A stretch of DNA of 64,000 nucleotides from Camelus dromedarius (Eukaryota): positions 72,418,001-72,482,000 of the forward strand of contig NC_087436.1 in assembly GCF_036321535.1 (NCBI RefSeq), in the 5' to 3' direction. The position numbers and the translations under genes are program-made. Positions 49,446-64,000 of the stretch are shown one piece after another (position 1 is the first letter of the stretch; each line of letters opens with the position of its first letter). The notes under the pieces were generated by a model. That model had not been told where the DNA came from. It worked only from the letters and a program-made list of their open reading frames with translations, and did not search any database.

Positions 49446-52439
49446 ATTATTTCCATTATTATGCTTAAGTTAATACTCTGTGGCCATATACATAACTATA
49501 AAGTTTAGAGTAACATAATCCAAGGTTAATGATGTATTTTTCACCTTCATTTGAAATTTTATTTTCTTTTTCTGCTGGACTTTATGTTTGCTGTTTTGGG
49601 GATCAAACCTAGTCTTTGTTGTAATAATTTGCATAAATATAGAATTTATAAAGGCTATAAAGTATTAGATTAGAAATATGACATCATAAATTGTACTTTA
49701 CATTTTTCTTGTAAGTATTAATACATTGTGTGCTAATTTCTTGATAAATTCCAATTTTGAATTATTTGTAAAATACCTAAGTGTAAGAAAATTAACTTAC
49801 CTCTTCTTTATGCAATTTTAAATTAGACATTCCTATGTTGTAAAACATTAACTTTATTAATACTTTACCCGTTGTGTTACAAAATATTTTCACCTGAATG
49901 CGTGTTAAAAATTGAATAAAAGCAGAATTAGCTATAATACTGGTTATTTACATGCCAAGTAGTTAAATTTACATTTATTATAGCGGCACCAGGTGCTGTT
50001 ATAATTATAGTACCTAAAAAAGTAATACATTATATTAAAAATGATGTTGGACAGTTCACAACATGGATGGTGTTTAATCTCATGCATATTTAATAGGAGT
50101 GTGGTGACATATATGATTAATATAATGAATTGTTGAGAGCTGCTTACTGAAGATTTGAAGTCTGTGGGAAAGTTAATATTTCAAACGTCCATGTCTATTA
50201 GAGCAGTAATTATGTGCAGTGACTCCATGTGCCTTGTTAGCTAATGGAAATAATGAAGGAGGATTAACTGGGCAACTTCATATCTATAGAACATGTTCTG
50301 ATGACACTCACAATGTTCAGCATTCAGCTCACACTGTATTTCTTGGCCAGAAAAGATTCAGAGCCCTAATGATTCATTTGTGTCTTAAAGCAGAAGATAA
50401 TTGCACTAGAAGAAATATGCCCATACCGTAACTTAGCTTGATAAATATGTGTCGACACCTGGCTAGCTTTTAGTCTGGATGAGTTAGCACATGGACCCCA
50501 GCTGTTTGGTGAGAAAGAGCTTCTTTGAATTATTCAAGGGCTTGAAATATTTAGAGGACTGAGAATGTGCTAAACTCTTGAGGTAAAGAGGTAGTACTGA
50601 TACCCAAGACAGCAGGATGCTGCAGGGGGACACCCGTCTGCTGAGGACGTGTCATCCCAGGAAGCTTCGTAGCGGACATGACATTTGAGCCACTATGTAG
50701 TTTGTAGAGAGCGACAAGTGGTCCCTGTCTTTCAAGAGCTTATAGTCTTGGTGGTGGTCGGGTGGGGATGGAAGTACAGGGGGAGCATTGTATGCAAGTA
50801 CAGGTGACTTAAATGAGAAATATTCAGTGGCACAAATAAAACTCAGCATCCTTAAGCAAGCATTTCATTTGGTAACTGAGGAAACATAAAGACACTGGGA
50901 GTGGAGCGTCTCTTCTCCTAAGCCCCACTACTTGTTAGGCTGTTTGAGTACCATCGTGACTGCCGATAAATCACTGCTGCTCTGGTAACCTCTTTGTGTG
51001 TGGTAACCTACCCAGTGTCACCGTTCAGAAGGAAAACTGAACACTGTTGGCTTTAGCACAAAGTCTTTATGCTTAGCTCTACTGTGATGAGGTAAGACAG
51101 AAGTCCTCCAATTTCTTTGAAACAGTTGTTTTTTTCCCTTCAAGATAACAAAGTGTCATAATGACAAGGCATTATGTGTATTAATTACCACTGAACGAAT
51201 ACAGAATCTGATATTACTTCAAATTCTTTTCTGCCTATTTTATTTTCTTATGTAGGACATCTCATCTAAATAGGTCCCCCTGAATGGCCATAACATAGGG
51301 TTACGTGCTGCTCCTTTAACTGAAATGTGGGACTATTGCCGTGGCATTGGTGCTGGGTCTTTTTAAAAGAGCATTTTGAGGGTTAGCAAGTAGCTGGTTT
51401 TGCTTAGAGTCCTATGGACCCAGAGGTGTTCTTGATTTCATTCAGGCAATATGCATTCAGTACATATTCTCTATGAAACACTGTGGGGTACAGTGATGAC
51501 TTAGTCCTCTGTTTCCAGAGGATGACAGACTGCATCTTCAGGGTTCAGCTTTGGACACCATGTTTTCTCAAGGCGCTGCTTCTGTATTGGTGCTCAGCTT
51601 TTACACTGAAGCTGCCCATCTGCTGCAAATTTCTACATATCAGATATTTTTTATTCAAGGGACATCCTATCTAAATGGAAAACCACAAGATATTTTGTCA
51701 GTGGAATGCCTTCCCTTTTTGAAAATTGGCTGCAGTTGTGAAAAATGATCATTTTTGCCAACCTGGGAGTATTACCTCCCACCTACAGGAGGTGCCTTCA
51801 GGTAGTAACACAGGAGCAGATGTTCCAGGCAGCGCAACATGATATAAGTGGTATGTGTGATTAAGCTCAGCCCAGCGCCAGGCTGGGCCAGGCACTCTCG
51901 GGTTTCAAAAAGAGGAGCCAAAAAGGGACACCTAAGAGTGCAGGAGTCATGCAAAGCAATCATGCCACCGAGACCAAGATTCTTAGTCTTGTCGGCAGTG
52001 GAGTGGAGTGGGACTTTTGCTCCTCTGTAGAATGAACCGTTGTCAAACTGGGGCAGGGAGAAGTGGCCAGCATTTAGCCTCTGCTCTTTCCATCCCACTA
52101 TTCCTTAATTTAGAAGTACTCATGGGAAGATACTGGGGGAATGTTTTGTGATGCCTCCATGTTGACTAGACTTTACTGAATTACAGCTTTGAGTTTGCAG
52201 AGTGGAAAGCGATAGAACAGAACAAATGCTTGCTGTAGTCTCATTTTCTAAGCTGAATAGTAGGGATACTGTTTCATTTTCAATGTCTCTTAAATTCAGC
52301 CAGCTAGTATCTGGAAAGCACTGTACTTATACCGCCTATTCTCACAGCTGAAACTATTAGTTACACTGTTGAAACTAACATTAAACACTATTTAAAATAT
52401 AAAATGAAGTCCAAATCCTTTTCCTTCCCTTTCATTTCT

Positions 52440-54170
52440 TCTCTTTTCATGAACTCAGAGTACCAGATATTTGTTTTATTACCATTACAAAGCATCCCTT
52501 TCTAATGTCTATAAGCCCAGTTGTTCCAGGCATCACTTGTAAAGTTGCTGTGCTCTGCTCTACCTGCCTTTTTAGCCATTCCTCCCATCACATTACCCCT
52601 CATACCTTATGCAGAAGCTCCATAGAACTACACACTGTTCCCCAAACACACCGTCTCTTGCCTGCCTGCTTGGCATTACCTACCCTGTTCCCTCTGCAGA
52701 GACTGCCATTTCCCATCACTCGCCTGCTTTGCTCTCGCCTCCCACCCATCTTTCAAGATGTGGACCAGATCTAACTTTTGCACCTTATGTATGCTGCCAT
52801 CACGATGCTAATCCTGTTGCATGTTGATTGTCTGCCCATTCCCCTGTCCTACACACACATAATAAATATGAACTGCTCAATGACAGATATTTTGTCTTAG
52901 GCTGTTTGTATCTCTGGAATTTAGCACAGGGCTTGGCATATAATAATGCAGCTAGTCAGTGAATCAATAAAAGCGTACTTAGTGTCTCCTATGTGCCTGT
53001 ATTGTAGAAAATAAGGCTGCAGGCTGGGGATTTAAAATAAAACACTGCCATTTATTGAAAAAAATCCCTATATCGTGGGGAAGAGGGAGATAAGTAGCAA
53101 GGTGCCTACCACACACTGATTCCTTCACATTTTAACACTATAGCAATTTATATAAAAATATAACTTATGACTCCCCTTCCCCCAAGAATCAGATCACAGT
53201 GGAGGAGGGTGCCTCATGACCATCAGGAAAGGGAGAGACCTCAGGACACTGGGAAGAGAGAGGAAGTTGTTATCGACAGCATTAATTGAAAGAGGTCACA
53301 GTGTTTTTCCAGTAAAACACTTAAAATCTATCATTTTGTTTAGATTTTTTGTTTTCCTTGAGCTGCTGATATGTAATGCGGCCTTCTTATGAGGGCCTGA
53401 TTTCTTTGTCACTAGCACGGGGAATATGATGGTGAATAAATCAGATATTGCCTTGTCCTCTTGAGCTTACAGCTTAGTAGGAAAGACAGTCATTAAACAA
53501 TTAGGTATGAATGATTAATCATTGTAGTTGTACAAAGTGCTGCAAAAGAGGAGAGCTTTCTATAATAAAAAGCTTAATTGCAGGAAGGAATGGATAATTT
53601 CTAATCACAGTTATACATGAATGTTGTACTTTTTTTTGTCTAACTTCTGTTACTGTTGCAGTGGAATGTTTTTATTGTCTACCTTCTGTCACTACTCTTC
53701 AAACTCAAAGATCCCATCTCACAAACAAAAATAAAAATATCTTCTAGGAAGTTATTAAAAATTTCTAAAATTTCTGAAATTTCTAGAAGAAAAAAGTTCA
53801 TTCTCTACAAAGTAAATACTTTTATAATGAAATTGACGATTTGATGATTTAAAAAAATCAAGTCAATGATACTACTTCAGATATACATCAGATGCATCAG
53901 ATATAACTTCCTCAAGCCAGCTCCTCTGAAAATCTCACCCACTCCCTCACACACACCACCACAGACACACTGAAGAACTTTTTCTTCACCACATTGATCA
54001 GTCTGTGATTATCACTCATCTGTGTCATTATCTGATTAGTGTTCATCCTACTTGCTGGTCTATCAGCTCCACAAGAGCGAAAGCCAGATCTGCTTATCTT
54101 CCCATTTTATCTCCAGCATCTAGCACAATGGCTCTCCAAGAAGTCTTTGTTCAGTAAGTGAATGAATACA
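52440..54170. mobile_element. Cluster of L2 fragments in both orientations
   Basis: L2 3' ends on + (TTAGCACAGGGCTTGGCATATA; CATCTAGCACAATG..TGAATGAAT) and antisense pieces (TGGTGAATAAATCAGA..GAGCTTACAG). Confidence 0.6.
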
Positions 54171-55918
54171 TTCACTTTATTTGTAGCACCAGAGTGTCAT
54201 GAAAGTTCTAATGCAGCTGTTCGTAAGCTGTTTCTTAGACACACCCATGTACCACAAGATCTTAAATGGGTTTAATTATTTTTTAAAGGGGCAAGAATTA
54301 GTCTAATAAGTCTGGGTTAAACAAAATCAGACATATAAGTTGGCTGTGACTATAGTAATATAATATAGCCTTTTATATAGGTAGCACTGAGAGCTTTAAT
54401 GTGGAATCTCTGAGAGTACCAGTCTTTAGTATTTGACCAGGACCTTTTTTTTTTTTTTCCCCATAGCTCTATATCTGAACTTGTATACTTTCTGTATCTG
54501 TACTAGTACACCCCAGAGGTCTAGCTTTCCCCCACACAGAGGAAGAACAGGGCAGTGAACAGCACAGTGTTCTTCAAGGTGTCTGCATTTTTCAGTCTCG
54601 AATTCAGGAAGGAACCTTGTGAATACTTATTTAGCATTAGTCTATGGTCTTTTAAGCTAGTTTGCAGAATCTGATGTAGCAAGATCCGAGTTTATTTTCA
54701 TATGTTAATTTTAGAAAGCAGAAAATAAAATTCAAAAATTATAGAAAGATAATTATATAATTATGTACACTCACCTCCTAGCCAAAATGACACGAAAGAA
54801 AGGGCAATACCTTGGTCCATACTAACACTTAACCCTTTGTCCCATGGCTGGGCTGGCTACCTCATTTTGGCTAGGATTTGGGAGAGTCTGACTGCTTTAA
54901 AATCTAGTTTGTTGTTGTTTCTGTTTTTAATAGCTTAAAATCTGTTTCACATTCAGGAATACTACCATCAACACTGACCTCACAGTTTGGTACCATGAGG
55001 AATTTGGTCACCTGGGGAACTGATTCATGTGGATGATTTAACACATCTCATCCCTATTAATGGGAAAATAACCCTAAAAATATGAGTCCAAAGTGAATAT
55101 CTTCATTTATAACTGCCAACTTGTTCTCACTCTGCTGTAGTCTTGATGGGTGAAGATTGACTCCTGGAGCAGGAGAGCCTAGTGTTAATGAAAACAGGCC
55201 CTCTGATCATGCTGCCTGAGTGCACACTCTCTTCCTGCATCTTCCTAGAACTCAGTGTTTACTCGTAGGAAGTGTTCAGTTCACATTAGCCATTGTGATG
55301 TACTTATTCTAAAAAGTGTTTAAGGTGGGCCACAGCAGTAGATAAAGCACAATGCAAATGAGAAATAGTTAAGAAAAGGGGAAGAAAGGCTTGGATGTAA
55401 AATAGAGCCAAGAATAAAGCTACAATTAAAAATAGGCCTGTCTTTAAATCTTCATGGCTATTTTACCCCTACCAAGCACATTGCTTTTTTATATACTGTC
55501 ACTGAATATATGTTTGTTGAATTTATTTAATTGAGTCTAAACTTAATGTGATAGGGTCACTAATTTCATTCTGAAGCTTTTTAGCAGTTGAAAAAAAAAA
55601 GATGACTAGTTACCCAATTAAGTGTCTTTAAGATTAAAAACAAACACATGCTCAGGATAAATAAACCATTTTCTGATATTAAGACCAAAAATTAATTTCT
55701 CCTAAGGATCCTTATAATCAGGGAGCTATGTAATGGACTGAGTAATATTCATACTATGCTTTTTTTAATTTAATGAAATGGCCATATTTTATAGGATTAT
55801 TTCTTTTATTGTTTAGCATAGATCAAAGCCACCATTGGTATGCACTTCTCTGATCTCACTTAGACATTTCTTCTCATTCTCAGTTTCTGAGTCATTCTCT
55901 TCTTCCCAAGTTCTAAAC

Positions 55919-56096
55919 CAGTGGTTCTCAACCTTAGCTTTCCACTGGAATCATCTGGGGACTTTAAAAAATGTAGTCACCGGATCCCAATGCAGAACAG
56001 TTATATCAGAATCTTTATGAGCTAGACCTGAGTATCAGTATTTTTTAGAAAGCTCCATAGATAATTTAATACAGTCAGGGTAATTGAGGGCGACTG
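55919..56096. mobile_element. MER5A hAT-Charlie MITE
   Basis: TIRs CAGTGGTTCTCAA and TTGAGGGCGACTG; 8-bp TSD TTCTAAAC/CTCAAAAC. Confidence 0.8.
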
Positions 56097-56289
56097 CTCA
56101 AAACACTGAAATGAACCCACTGTTATTCCAAGATCCCACACTGGCCTCCTAAAAGAGTCAAGATGATAATCCGAGAAATGCTATTTTGCTGACAAGTGAA
56201 AACATGGTGTTTGCCAGCTCTGATTTTACAACTGTGAATTCCAGCAGTTCCTTTTCTTTCTGTCCAGTGTGGAGGCTGGATAGAGAAAT

Positions 56290-56530
56290 GACTAGAAGCT
56301 TGGACACTAAAACTGGACTAAATGAGTTTCAGTTCTGGCTCATATAATTTTATGACCTTGGACAGATTACTGGGCTTTTTGTGTTTCCTCAGTTTTCTCA
56401 TTTATAAAATGTAAATAATGTTAATTTGTGTCTCATAAAAATACTCTTACAGTGTTTGGTGACGATGTATGAGTTAATGTGTGTAAAGCACTAGAACAGT
56501 GCTGGACATGTGGTAAGTTTTTATATAAGG
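56290..56530 (+). mobile_element. MIR SINE
   Basis: TGACCTTGGACAGATTACT..CCTCAGTTTTCTCATTTATAAAATG..GTAAAGCACTAGAACAGTGC. Confidence 0.8.
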
Positions 56531-58939
56531 ATGATTCCCATCACATATGTTTTGGCTTTGCCTATTTAGCTTCTACGGAGAATTTTTCTATGGAAAGGTT
56601 TTTTGTTTGTCTGTTTTATGCTTCAAAATGCAATAGCAGCTTATGGAGAAAGAAATAACATATTCAAATCCAAAATCTTTAGGCCTCTGGGAGGCATTTG
56701 TCCTTTTTCCATCAAGTGCTCTTCTGTTGATGAGTACTGAGTTTTCCTTCCTGCAGTTTCCTCAGCAATTTTCCTCTAAGCCAGACCAGGGATGAATTAA
56801 TGTAACAGGAATGACTCAGATTTCCCTTATCCAGAGAAAGTGACAAAGCAGAACCCTACATGTGAGATTCTAGCTCCTGTTGGATTCACCCTTTTGCTTC
56901 ATCTGCTGACGCAGGCAGAAGCAAGTACATCATTATTTGAAGATGTACCTCATGGAAAAGGAAGATGAGACTTCTTCTGCGTTGCTGTGGACGACAGATC
57001 TAGGATCATGGTAAAAGCTGGGAAAAGGTAGACTTCCACTCCTTTAAGAAAGAAGTTTCTAACAGTTGGGGCTAAATAATATGCCCTCCTCACATTTTTA
57101 TAGAAAATAATTTATCAATTGGAAAGGATAGGAAAAGCATAAGGTAACTGAAGCAGAAGCAAACCAAATTCCTACCCACATCAAGAATCTGTCTCTAAGA
57201 CCTTTAACTGCCCCATGCTCTTCTCAGCTAGAGTAGATAATGGTGCTTGATGTCAACGCTGTAACTTACACCTCCTTTTGACGTGGAACTGTCACACTGT
57301 ATTATGATTCTGATTCAGATCTGTTCTCCATGTGAGAACTGTGTGTCTCCATTGCTTGGCGTGGTCCTAGGATGATTTCTTAATTATTAAATAAATGAAG
57401 GTAGGAAACGGCCTGGAAATGTCTGAATAAGTGAACTTCTCATTTAGGTAATTTTAACCAAAAAAAAAAAAAAATAGACACTCTAAAATGAAGCGTATTG
57501 TGTTGTTTGTGTTAGCTTTTTTTTAAGAGCGAATACTAATTTCCTCAAAATTGGCATTCTGTGTCAGTTGCCAACAACTCTTTGCTACAATCTGCAATTT
57601 TGCATAAATCACAGAGGTAATTTTAGACTAGAAAACCACTCAGGGGGCTGGAAGTGGACAACTCTTGTTTGTGTAAGGAGCGTATCTTGCCCAGCAGCTA
57701 ATTATTAAGTTCTAACAGAACCAATGATCCCAGGAGATAGGTTCTAATAAGTCTTTTTCTCTTGCTATGTCTTATAAACATGGTGTAAAGCACTGGACAC
57801 AATGAAATTGCTTAAGACTCTACTTATAGAACATTTTTATCTAGGTTTGTGTGATGGAAAAATTAGGCCCTCTCCCTGGCGGTTATCATACACACAATAC
57901 GAGGATAAAACTGAGTGTGGGAAGAAGTCATCTGAGGGTCAGAGATACATGCATCATTCTATAAAGTAGCTACTGTAACTTGTTGGTGCTGATTACCCAA
58001 GGGAAAAAGCTGAGGTGCAAGAAACAATTAGGCACAGCAAGCCATGGGAGTCATTGAAGAAAAATAACGGCACCAGAATTGAAAATAGGAATGACAACAA
58101 TTTTCACAATGCCAAGTAAGACAGGATAAATAAAGCAATAGTTAGGGTATCTGGCTCTCAGCACCAGGAACAGGTATTGAGGGGCAAAGGGAGGAGAGTC
58201 TGATGCATTATTTGAATACATTTGCTCTTAACTCACCCTTGGTTCACCCCTCTTTTGCTATCATCATCTAGTCTAATGAACAGCAGGCTAGAAGCCTTGC
58301 CATGGTTTGATAGCACAGAAACTGACCAATCAAGTCTAAATATGACTCTGATAGGTATCATGAGTATCGCTGGCCTAACTCACTTAGAAGCAATAACAAG
58401 TTAACTAGATACTACTATTGAAGGAGTGGAACTGCCTAAAAGATTCTTCCATGCTGATTGAAATTCATCTTAATATTTTTTTACATGAAACTTTTCAGAT
58501 TGTTAATCACAGTTGTTTGTATAACACATTGGATTATGTCTCTTTCAATTCCTTGCTTAAATCATCAGTACTGATGAAGTGGGAGGTTTTGGTTTAGTCT
58601 TGATTTTAATTCTGGCTTTTGTAGGGATTTGGGAGGCTTTTATCTGGAACCAGAGAATGCTTGAGTGGACTGCTAATGTATATTTCTAAATATAGGAGAA
58701 CTATATTAAGATAGGGATGAGAAGATGCTTCATAATTTTGGTGTCTTGGGATGGTTCTAAACATATACTCTGCATTTGTTGATGGTTTATAGCAAGTAGA
58801 ATAAAAAGAAAAAACAAGGAGACTCACAGACTTTCACTAAGTAACTGGGCAGAAGGTGGTACCATTACCTTAAATGAGAAAGATTACTCACGTAGTCTTT
58901 CTGCATCAAGTACAAGGAGTTCCCTCTCATTGTTCTTCC

Positions 58940-61900
58940 TATTCAAAGATTGGCTGGTTTTCTCGTTTATTTTTCCATATTAACTTTAGGATAAAATTCT
59001 ATTTATCCAGAAAGCAGCAGAAATGCCATTTTTTATTAGAGTCATATACAATGTGTAATGGACATAGGGGGGATTGTCATCTTTATGATGTTGAGCCTTT
59101 CTGCTCAAGAACATGGTTTAATCTTTAAACCATGACTAGTCCTCAGTCTTATTTAAGTCTTTTGGTGTTGTTCTAGAGATTGTCTTTTACCACATAAATT
59201 TTACTCATTTCTTGTTAAGTTTACTTCTGAGTATTTTACTTTTTGTATTGCTATTATAATGGGGTCTTTTCTTTCATTATATCGTCTTACATGTTTTTAT
59301 ATAGGATAGTATTTATGTCTGTTTTAAAAATAAAATAGCCAGTTACCTTATCTGCAAAATGAGTTTATTTGGGAATACCCAGAGGAACTGCAGTTTTCGA
59401 AATACAAGCTATGGTGGACCACAGGCAAATCCAGAGTGCAAAGGAGGCGAGCTTGCTTTTTATAGAGAAAAGGGGAGAGTTGGGAGGGACTGTTCTAAAC
59501 GAAAATTTATTAGAGGAAAGTAAGAGTTCAGGATGGCAACGGTTTCTCATTGGCTGGGCTGTTGCTAGGCAAGAAAAATGTTCCTTCCTGTTGTAATTGA
59601 CTTTTTCTTGTTTGAGAATGCTAGGTATAGCTCTTCCCATGGGATATGCAAATAGAGGCGAGTGCATACAAATGATGGAGCATTATAATAGTGAGAGTAT
59701 CCTCTACAGGTCTTCTCAACTCTCGTTTTAGTTAAGGATACCTTATTAATTTTCACATTTATTTCTATGTATTCCTTTTTACTTGGCTAATTTATTGAAT
59801 TCTCTCCTTGCCTATAATATTCCAGTTTTTAGGCTTATTTATATAAACATTTAAACATTTATGTTTATTAATCTTTTTCTCATTTATTTTATTGTTCTTT
59901 GCCTAACATTTTAAGGTAATAATTGATTCACTCATTTTTAAGTTCCCATTTTATTTATATAATAATTTAGGACTGTGAATTTTCCTCTAAGCTTTCCTTT
60001 ATTTATATTTTATAGGATCCAATCTGTAGTACTTTCATTGTACGTGTTTCTCGAAATTCTGCAATGTTGTTTTGTGTTTTCTTTTTGACCCAAGGATTGT
60101 TTAAAATAATATTCTAAATTTTTTTCTGATTTTTGCCAGTAATTATAACTTTAATGAGTTGTGATCAAAGAAAATATCTATAGTTTACCTAACCATCTAC
60201 TTTTTGGTGTTCATTAGTATTTTCTTTGTTGTCAAAAATCATATCATTAAAAATATATTCTTGGGGCATCTTAAAGGAAAATATATGATCTCTTTTTGGA
60301 GCTTGATATATTACAATCAGATATAAGTCATGAATTATGTTATTCATATTTACTATATCTTTGATCTGTCATGGATTGAGAAAGGTTAATTGAATTCAAT
60401 AAATACAATATGTTTCTATTTCTGTGTACCTCCTGTAATTTCTGTTTTATGAATTATATTTCTCTTTTACTTGTTACTTATATATTTACCATTGTTGTGT
60501 CTTCATTTGAATCCCCCCTTTGCATTATAATATATATCTTTTTATTCTATTTGATTCTGAAAACAGCTTTGATTTAGGTGTGTTTTATATAAAATACAGA
60601 ATTAGATTTTGCTTTGTGAACCAATTTGAAAATATTATTATATAGATAACTTAGAAGAATTTATATTTATTATTATGGTAAATATATACAATCTGAACTG
60701 TCATATTATTTTCTATTCTGTTTGTTGTTTTTATGGTTATTTTCTTTTTATATTTTTTTCTTTTTGTGTATGGTTCCTTTGATATTTAGGAGATTTAGGA
60801 AGTTAATAATTATAACTTTATACAGTACTCTTAGTTCTCTATTTTTTCATATGGTATCTATTGACAATTCTAATGGAAAAGATAATAAAATGTTTCCCTT
60901 TCATAATTCCATTTCTTTGTCTTCTACCTGATATTTGCCAATAAATATTATCTTTGTTGTATGTTTACCTTATACTTTAAAGTATTCTTATGTTTCTATT
61001 ATTTGATTGGCCAGTTTTAAATAATATCTGTTCATTCCAGTCATTAGATATAGGCAGTCAGCAAACTTTCTCATCTTTGGCCTTCCCATTCTAATTTTGT
61101 TAGTTGCATCATTTCTACACAATCAGAGCAAACAGCATTTACATTTTGTCTGTCACCCCAATCCTCACATTTTTGGTCATAATTTTTTAACTAAATATAT
61201 TCAAAACTCTCCAATAGTTCTCTTGCCAGTTTCCTCAGATATATTTTGATTCATTAAAGTTCATCTTTTAGCACATACCTCAGGAAAAACTCATGGGAAC
61301 AATATTCCCTGAGTTCTTACAATTCAAAATTGTTAGCAAACTTTTAATCTTGAAGGATGATTTGACTGGATATGAAGTCCTTGACTCCCAGTTTCTTTAC
61401 ATGAGTCTCATGTAGGTATTGCTCTGCTATTTTTCTGGAATTCAGTGTAAAAATCTGAATCTTTGCCCAGTTGCTCATAGAATTCTTTTTTTAATCTTTA
61501 AAATCCATCAACTTTGCTGAAATGTGTCCCAGTGTTGACCATTATAGGTCAATTTGTATGGATTCAAGTCTTTTTTCCCCCAGTTTGTATGACTCTAAGT
61601 TCTTATTTTTTAAATATTTAGTATAGTGTTTGGTCATAATGTTCAACTTTTCCACAATAACATTTTTCTGTTAGTTTATTACTTTGTGGGTAAATTCTTA
61701 ATTTTTATTTCCCTGTAAGTCAACTATGCTTCAATTTAAAAAATTTTTTTGTTTCTGTTTTTTCTTGGGTTTGACATTTTTTAATGTATCCTTTTATTTA
61801 CTTAAAAATTTGCATATAGTAAAACTTACTCTTTTTGGTGTATAGTTTCACGAATTTAGACAAATGCATATAGTCATGTAAGTATCACCAGAATCAAAAT

Positions 61901-62530
61901 TCCCCTAGGCTGATCCTTATATAGTATCCTTGTATTGATGCTGTGTTAAATCCTTTTTTTTTTATTACTTATCATGGAATGAGTTGGATTTTCTTGGGTA
62001 AGCTGTTTGCAGGGTACTTCTGCTGGGGTTTGGGGAGGATGTCCTGGGCAGCCTTCAGATTCTTCCTTTACCACTTTCACAGAGTCAAACTGCTTCCCGT
62101 TTAAATGGCTCCTCTGTGTGAGTCTTTGTGTTATACCCACAGTGAACTATGCTAGATCCAAAAGGGCTTCCCTCGCCTTTATTCCTACATTCTCTGCTAC
62201 AAATACGAGAGAGATATATTGCATTTTGATGTGACCCCCTTCACCTTCAGGAAGTGTATTTTTGTCGTCATTTTCAGAGATCTGCCAGTACTGGCCATCT
62301 TGGTATTCTCTGAACTTCTTTCTGCCTTTCTCCCTATGTGGTATCCACTAACTCTGCTACTCCTGGGTAACTTTTACATGTTTTTGGAGTCTGTGGAAAA
62401 TATGTCTTCTAGTTTTGCTGAATACAGGGATCCTGCAGTTTTTGTTATTGTCATTAACTGTGTAGTGTTGCATGTTATCTGGGAGAAGAAAGAAGATACT
62501 ATCTCACACAGGCACGTTCTTACTGGAAGT
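58940..62530 (-). mobile_element. Ancient L1ME/HAL1-like fragments
   Basis: Very T-rich antisense LINE sequence, e.g. CTCATGGGAACAATATTCCCTGAGTTCTT; family and limits approximate. Confidence 0.55.
59316..59757 (-). mobile_element. ERV1-class solo LTR
   Basis: TG...CA ends, perfect TSD TTTA (59312-59315 and 59758-59761); minus-strand CCAAT, TATAAAAA and AATAAA in LTR order. Confidence 0.8.
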
Positions 62531-63279
62531 CCTTCCTTTGACTGCCCTCATCACTGCCTTTCTCTCATTCCCCTTACTTGGCTCAGACTTTAAGCACTGG
62601 AATCCCTCAGACTGCTAACCTTTCTTATTCCTACATCACTTATTAAAGCATGTATGAATACTTCCTGTTATATCCTAGACCTCTCCATCGTTTTCTAAAC
62701 ATATAACTTCAAGGTTGGTCCATTTTTTCCTACTGTTCTTTTGGTTTGGAATGCCATTTTATTCTTTCCCTGATTAGTATACTCTTGTTCATACTTCATG
62801 ACCTAAAAATGTACATTGACTCCTTTAGGAACCCTTCCTTGACACCTTCTCAAAATGAGGCAGAATTAATATCTCACTTGTGCTCCCATAGTACATCATC
62901 CCATTTTAGTGCACTTATTTTATTATTTTCAGAATTTATATATCTTATTATCAAGCTAGTGAATACCCCCTGCACCTATGTATTGACCTGTCAATACAGA
63001 ACTTTCAAATCCTGGATTTCTAGGACCCTATTTATAACTCTCCTTTGATGGTCAACACACACCCTTATTTGGTCTCATTTGATTTTCCACTGGTCAATTG
63101 AAGGGAACAATATTAAGGGTCATCTAGATTTCCTTATCTAACTTTTGGTTTCAAAGTGATTTGATCATTTCAAAGCAATTTTTCTATTCTCAGGATGTAA
63201 CTAAAACTCCTGCAGAACTGGAGCATTATAAATTTTGAAAAACTCAGTAATCATTAATGGAAGTTATTCTATATTCTAG

Positions 63280-63372
63280 GTGATGCAACTGTGACAATAG
63301 CTCACAGATACACCCCGAAAGAACAACTGAAGATCCATACTCAGCTGGCAGATGTTATCATAGTAGCTGCAG
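63280..63372 (+). CDS. MTHFD2L: MTHFD2L coding exon 6 (gene continues beyond the window)
   Basis: TTCTAG|; GDATVTIAHRYTPKEQLKIHTQLADVIIVAA; |GTAAGT; 93 nt. Confidence 0.97.
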
Positions 63373-64000
63373 GTAAGTCTTTGTAGCTGTTATTTGGTGG
63401 AATGTCATCAGCAGAATAATTCCTACCCTAATTACTGATCTGTCTATAAGAACTGCTTCTTGGGAGAGTTAGGTATGTGTACAACTAAATAACATTTTAT
63501 GTCTCTTGGCAATCATCATATTGGTCCATTATGCCTATGTTAGATTTTGTCACTTCATCATAGAAAACTGAAATAGCCTTTGGAATGACTGATTCAGCAC
63601 AAGAATAAGTGTGGACTTTGACAATTACTTTGACAGACATGATTGATTCTAAACATGAATAAGTAATGCGGAGACTGGTACAAAATGCTGTTGAAAAGGT
63701 AGCCAGGGCTAACTCATGTCCGACCTCATAGATCTTGTATAAAACTTTCATATAAGCCAAAGATGGCTACGGGCAGGAGACTGACATGGTCTGGCTTATG
63801 TTTTTAAAATATTACTCACACTGTGCCAAGAAAAATTGACTCTAGAAGGGCAAAACTAGAAACAGAACAGTTACTGCATTTTCATTTAATGGATCTAGGT
63901 TTTTCCTTAGTTTGTTTTATATTCAAACATACAAGTAATTCTACCCTTTGCTTCTACCTTTACTCCTCCCACATAGTATTTTTACACTGCAGACAATTGT

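Noticed and set aside
52900..53010. Tail-to-tail L2 ends resembling miR-28/miR-151-type precursors
   Set aside because: Arm complementarity by eye is limited to about 8 nt, too weak for a pre-miRNA stem.
9598..63289. Scattered ATF4 CARE-like TGATGnAA motifs (9598, 14210, 63281)
   Set aside because: Several are expected by chance in 64 kb, and one is just the codons for D-A-T in exon 6.

Overview
Mammalian genomic DNA, most likely camelid (a Vic-1-type tRNA-Ala SINE is present and I recognised no Alu, Bov or PRE SINEs). The window holds the 5' part of MTHFD2L (mitochondrial methylenetetrahydrofolate dehydrogenase/cyclohydrolase 2-like) on the + strand. It has a CpG-island promoter at about 7.8-8.5 kb and six in-frame GT-AG coding exons (8098-8246, 23738-23922, 24551-24673, 46427-46579, 47710-47817, 63280-63372; 811 nt, about 270 aa). 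The C-terminal exons lie beyond the window. The rest is intron and upstream DNA rich in L1, L2, MIR, MaLR, Tigger and Charlie relics, plus eight ERV1-type LTRs, five with perfect 4-bp TSDs. Most ORF-track ORFs are spurious. I see no convincing new biological system. The best leads are a stop-containing cassette exon in intron 1, a GC/CpG-biased burst of amino-acid changes around the YxxxK motif in exon 2, a candidate stress-response enhancer and a sense-oriented intronic LTR. Repeat subfamily names and orthologue comparisons are from memory and need confirmation.
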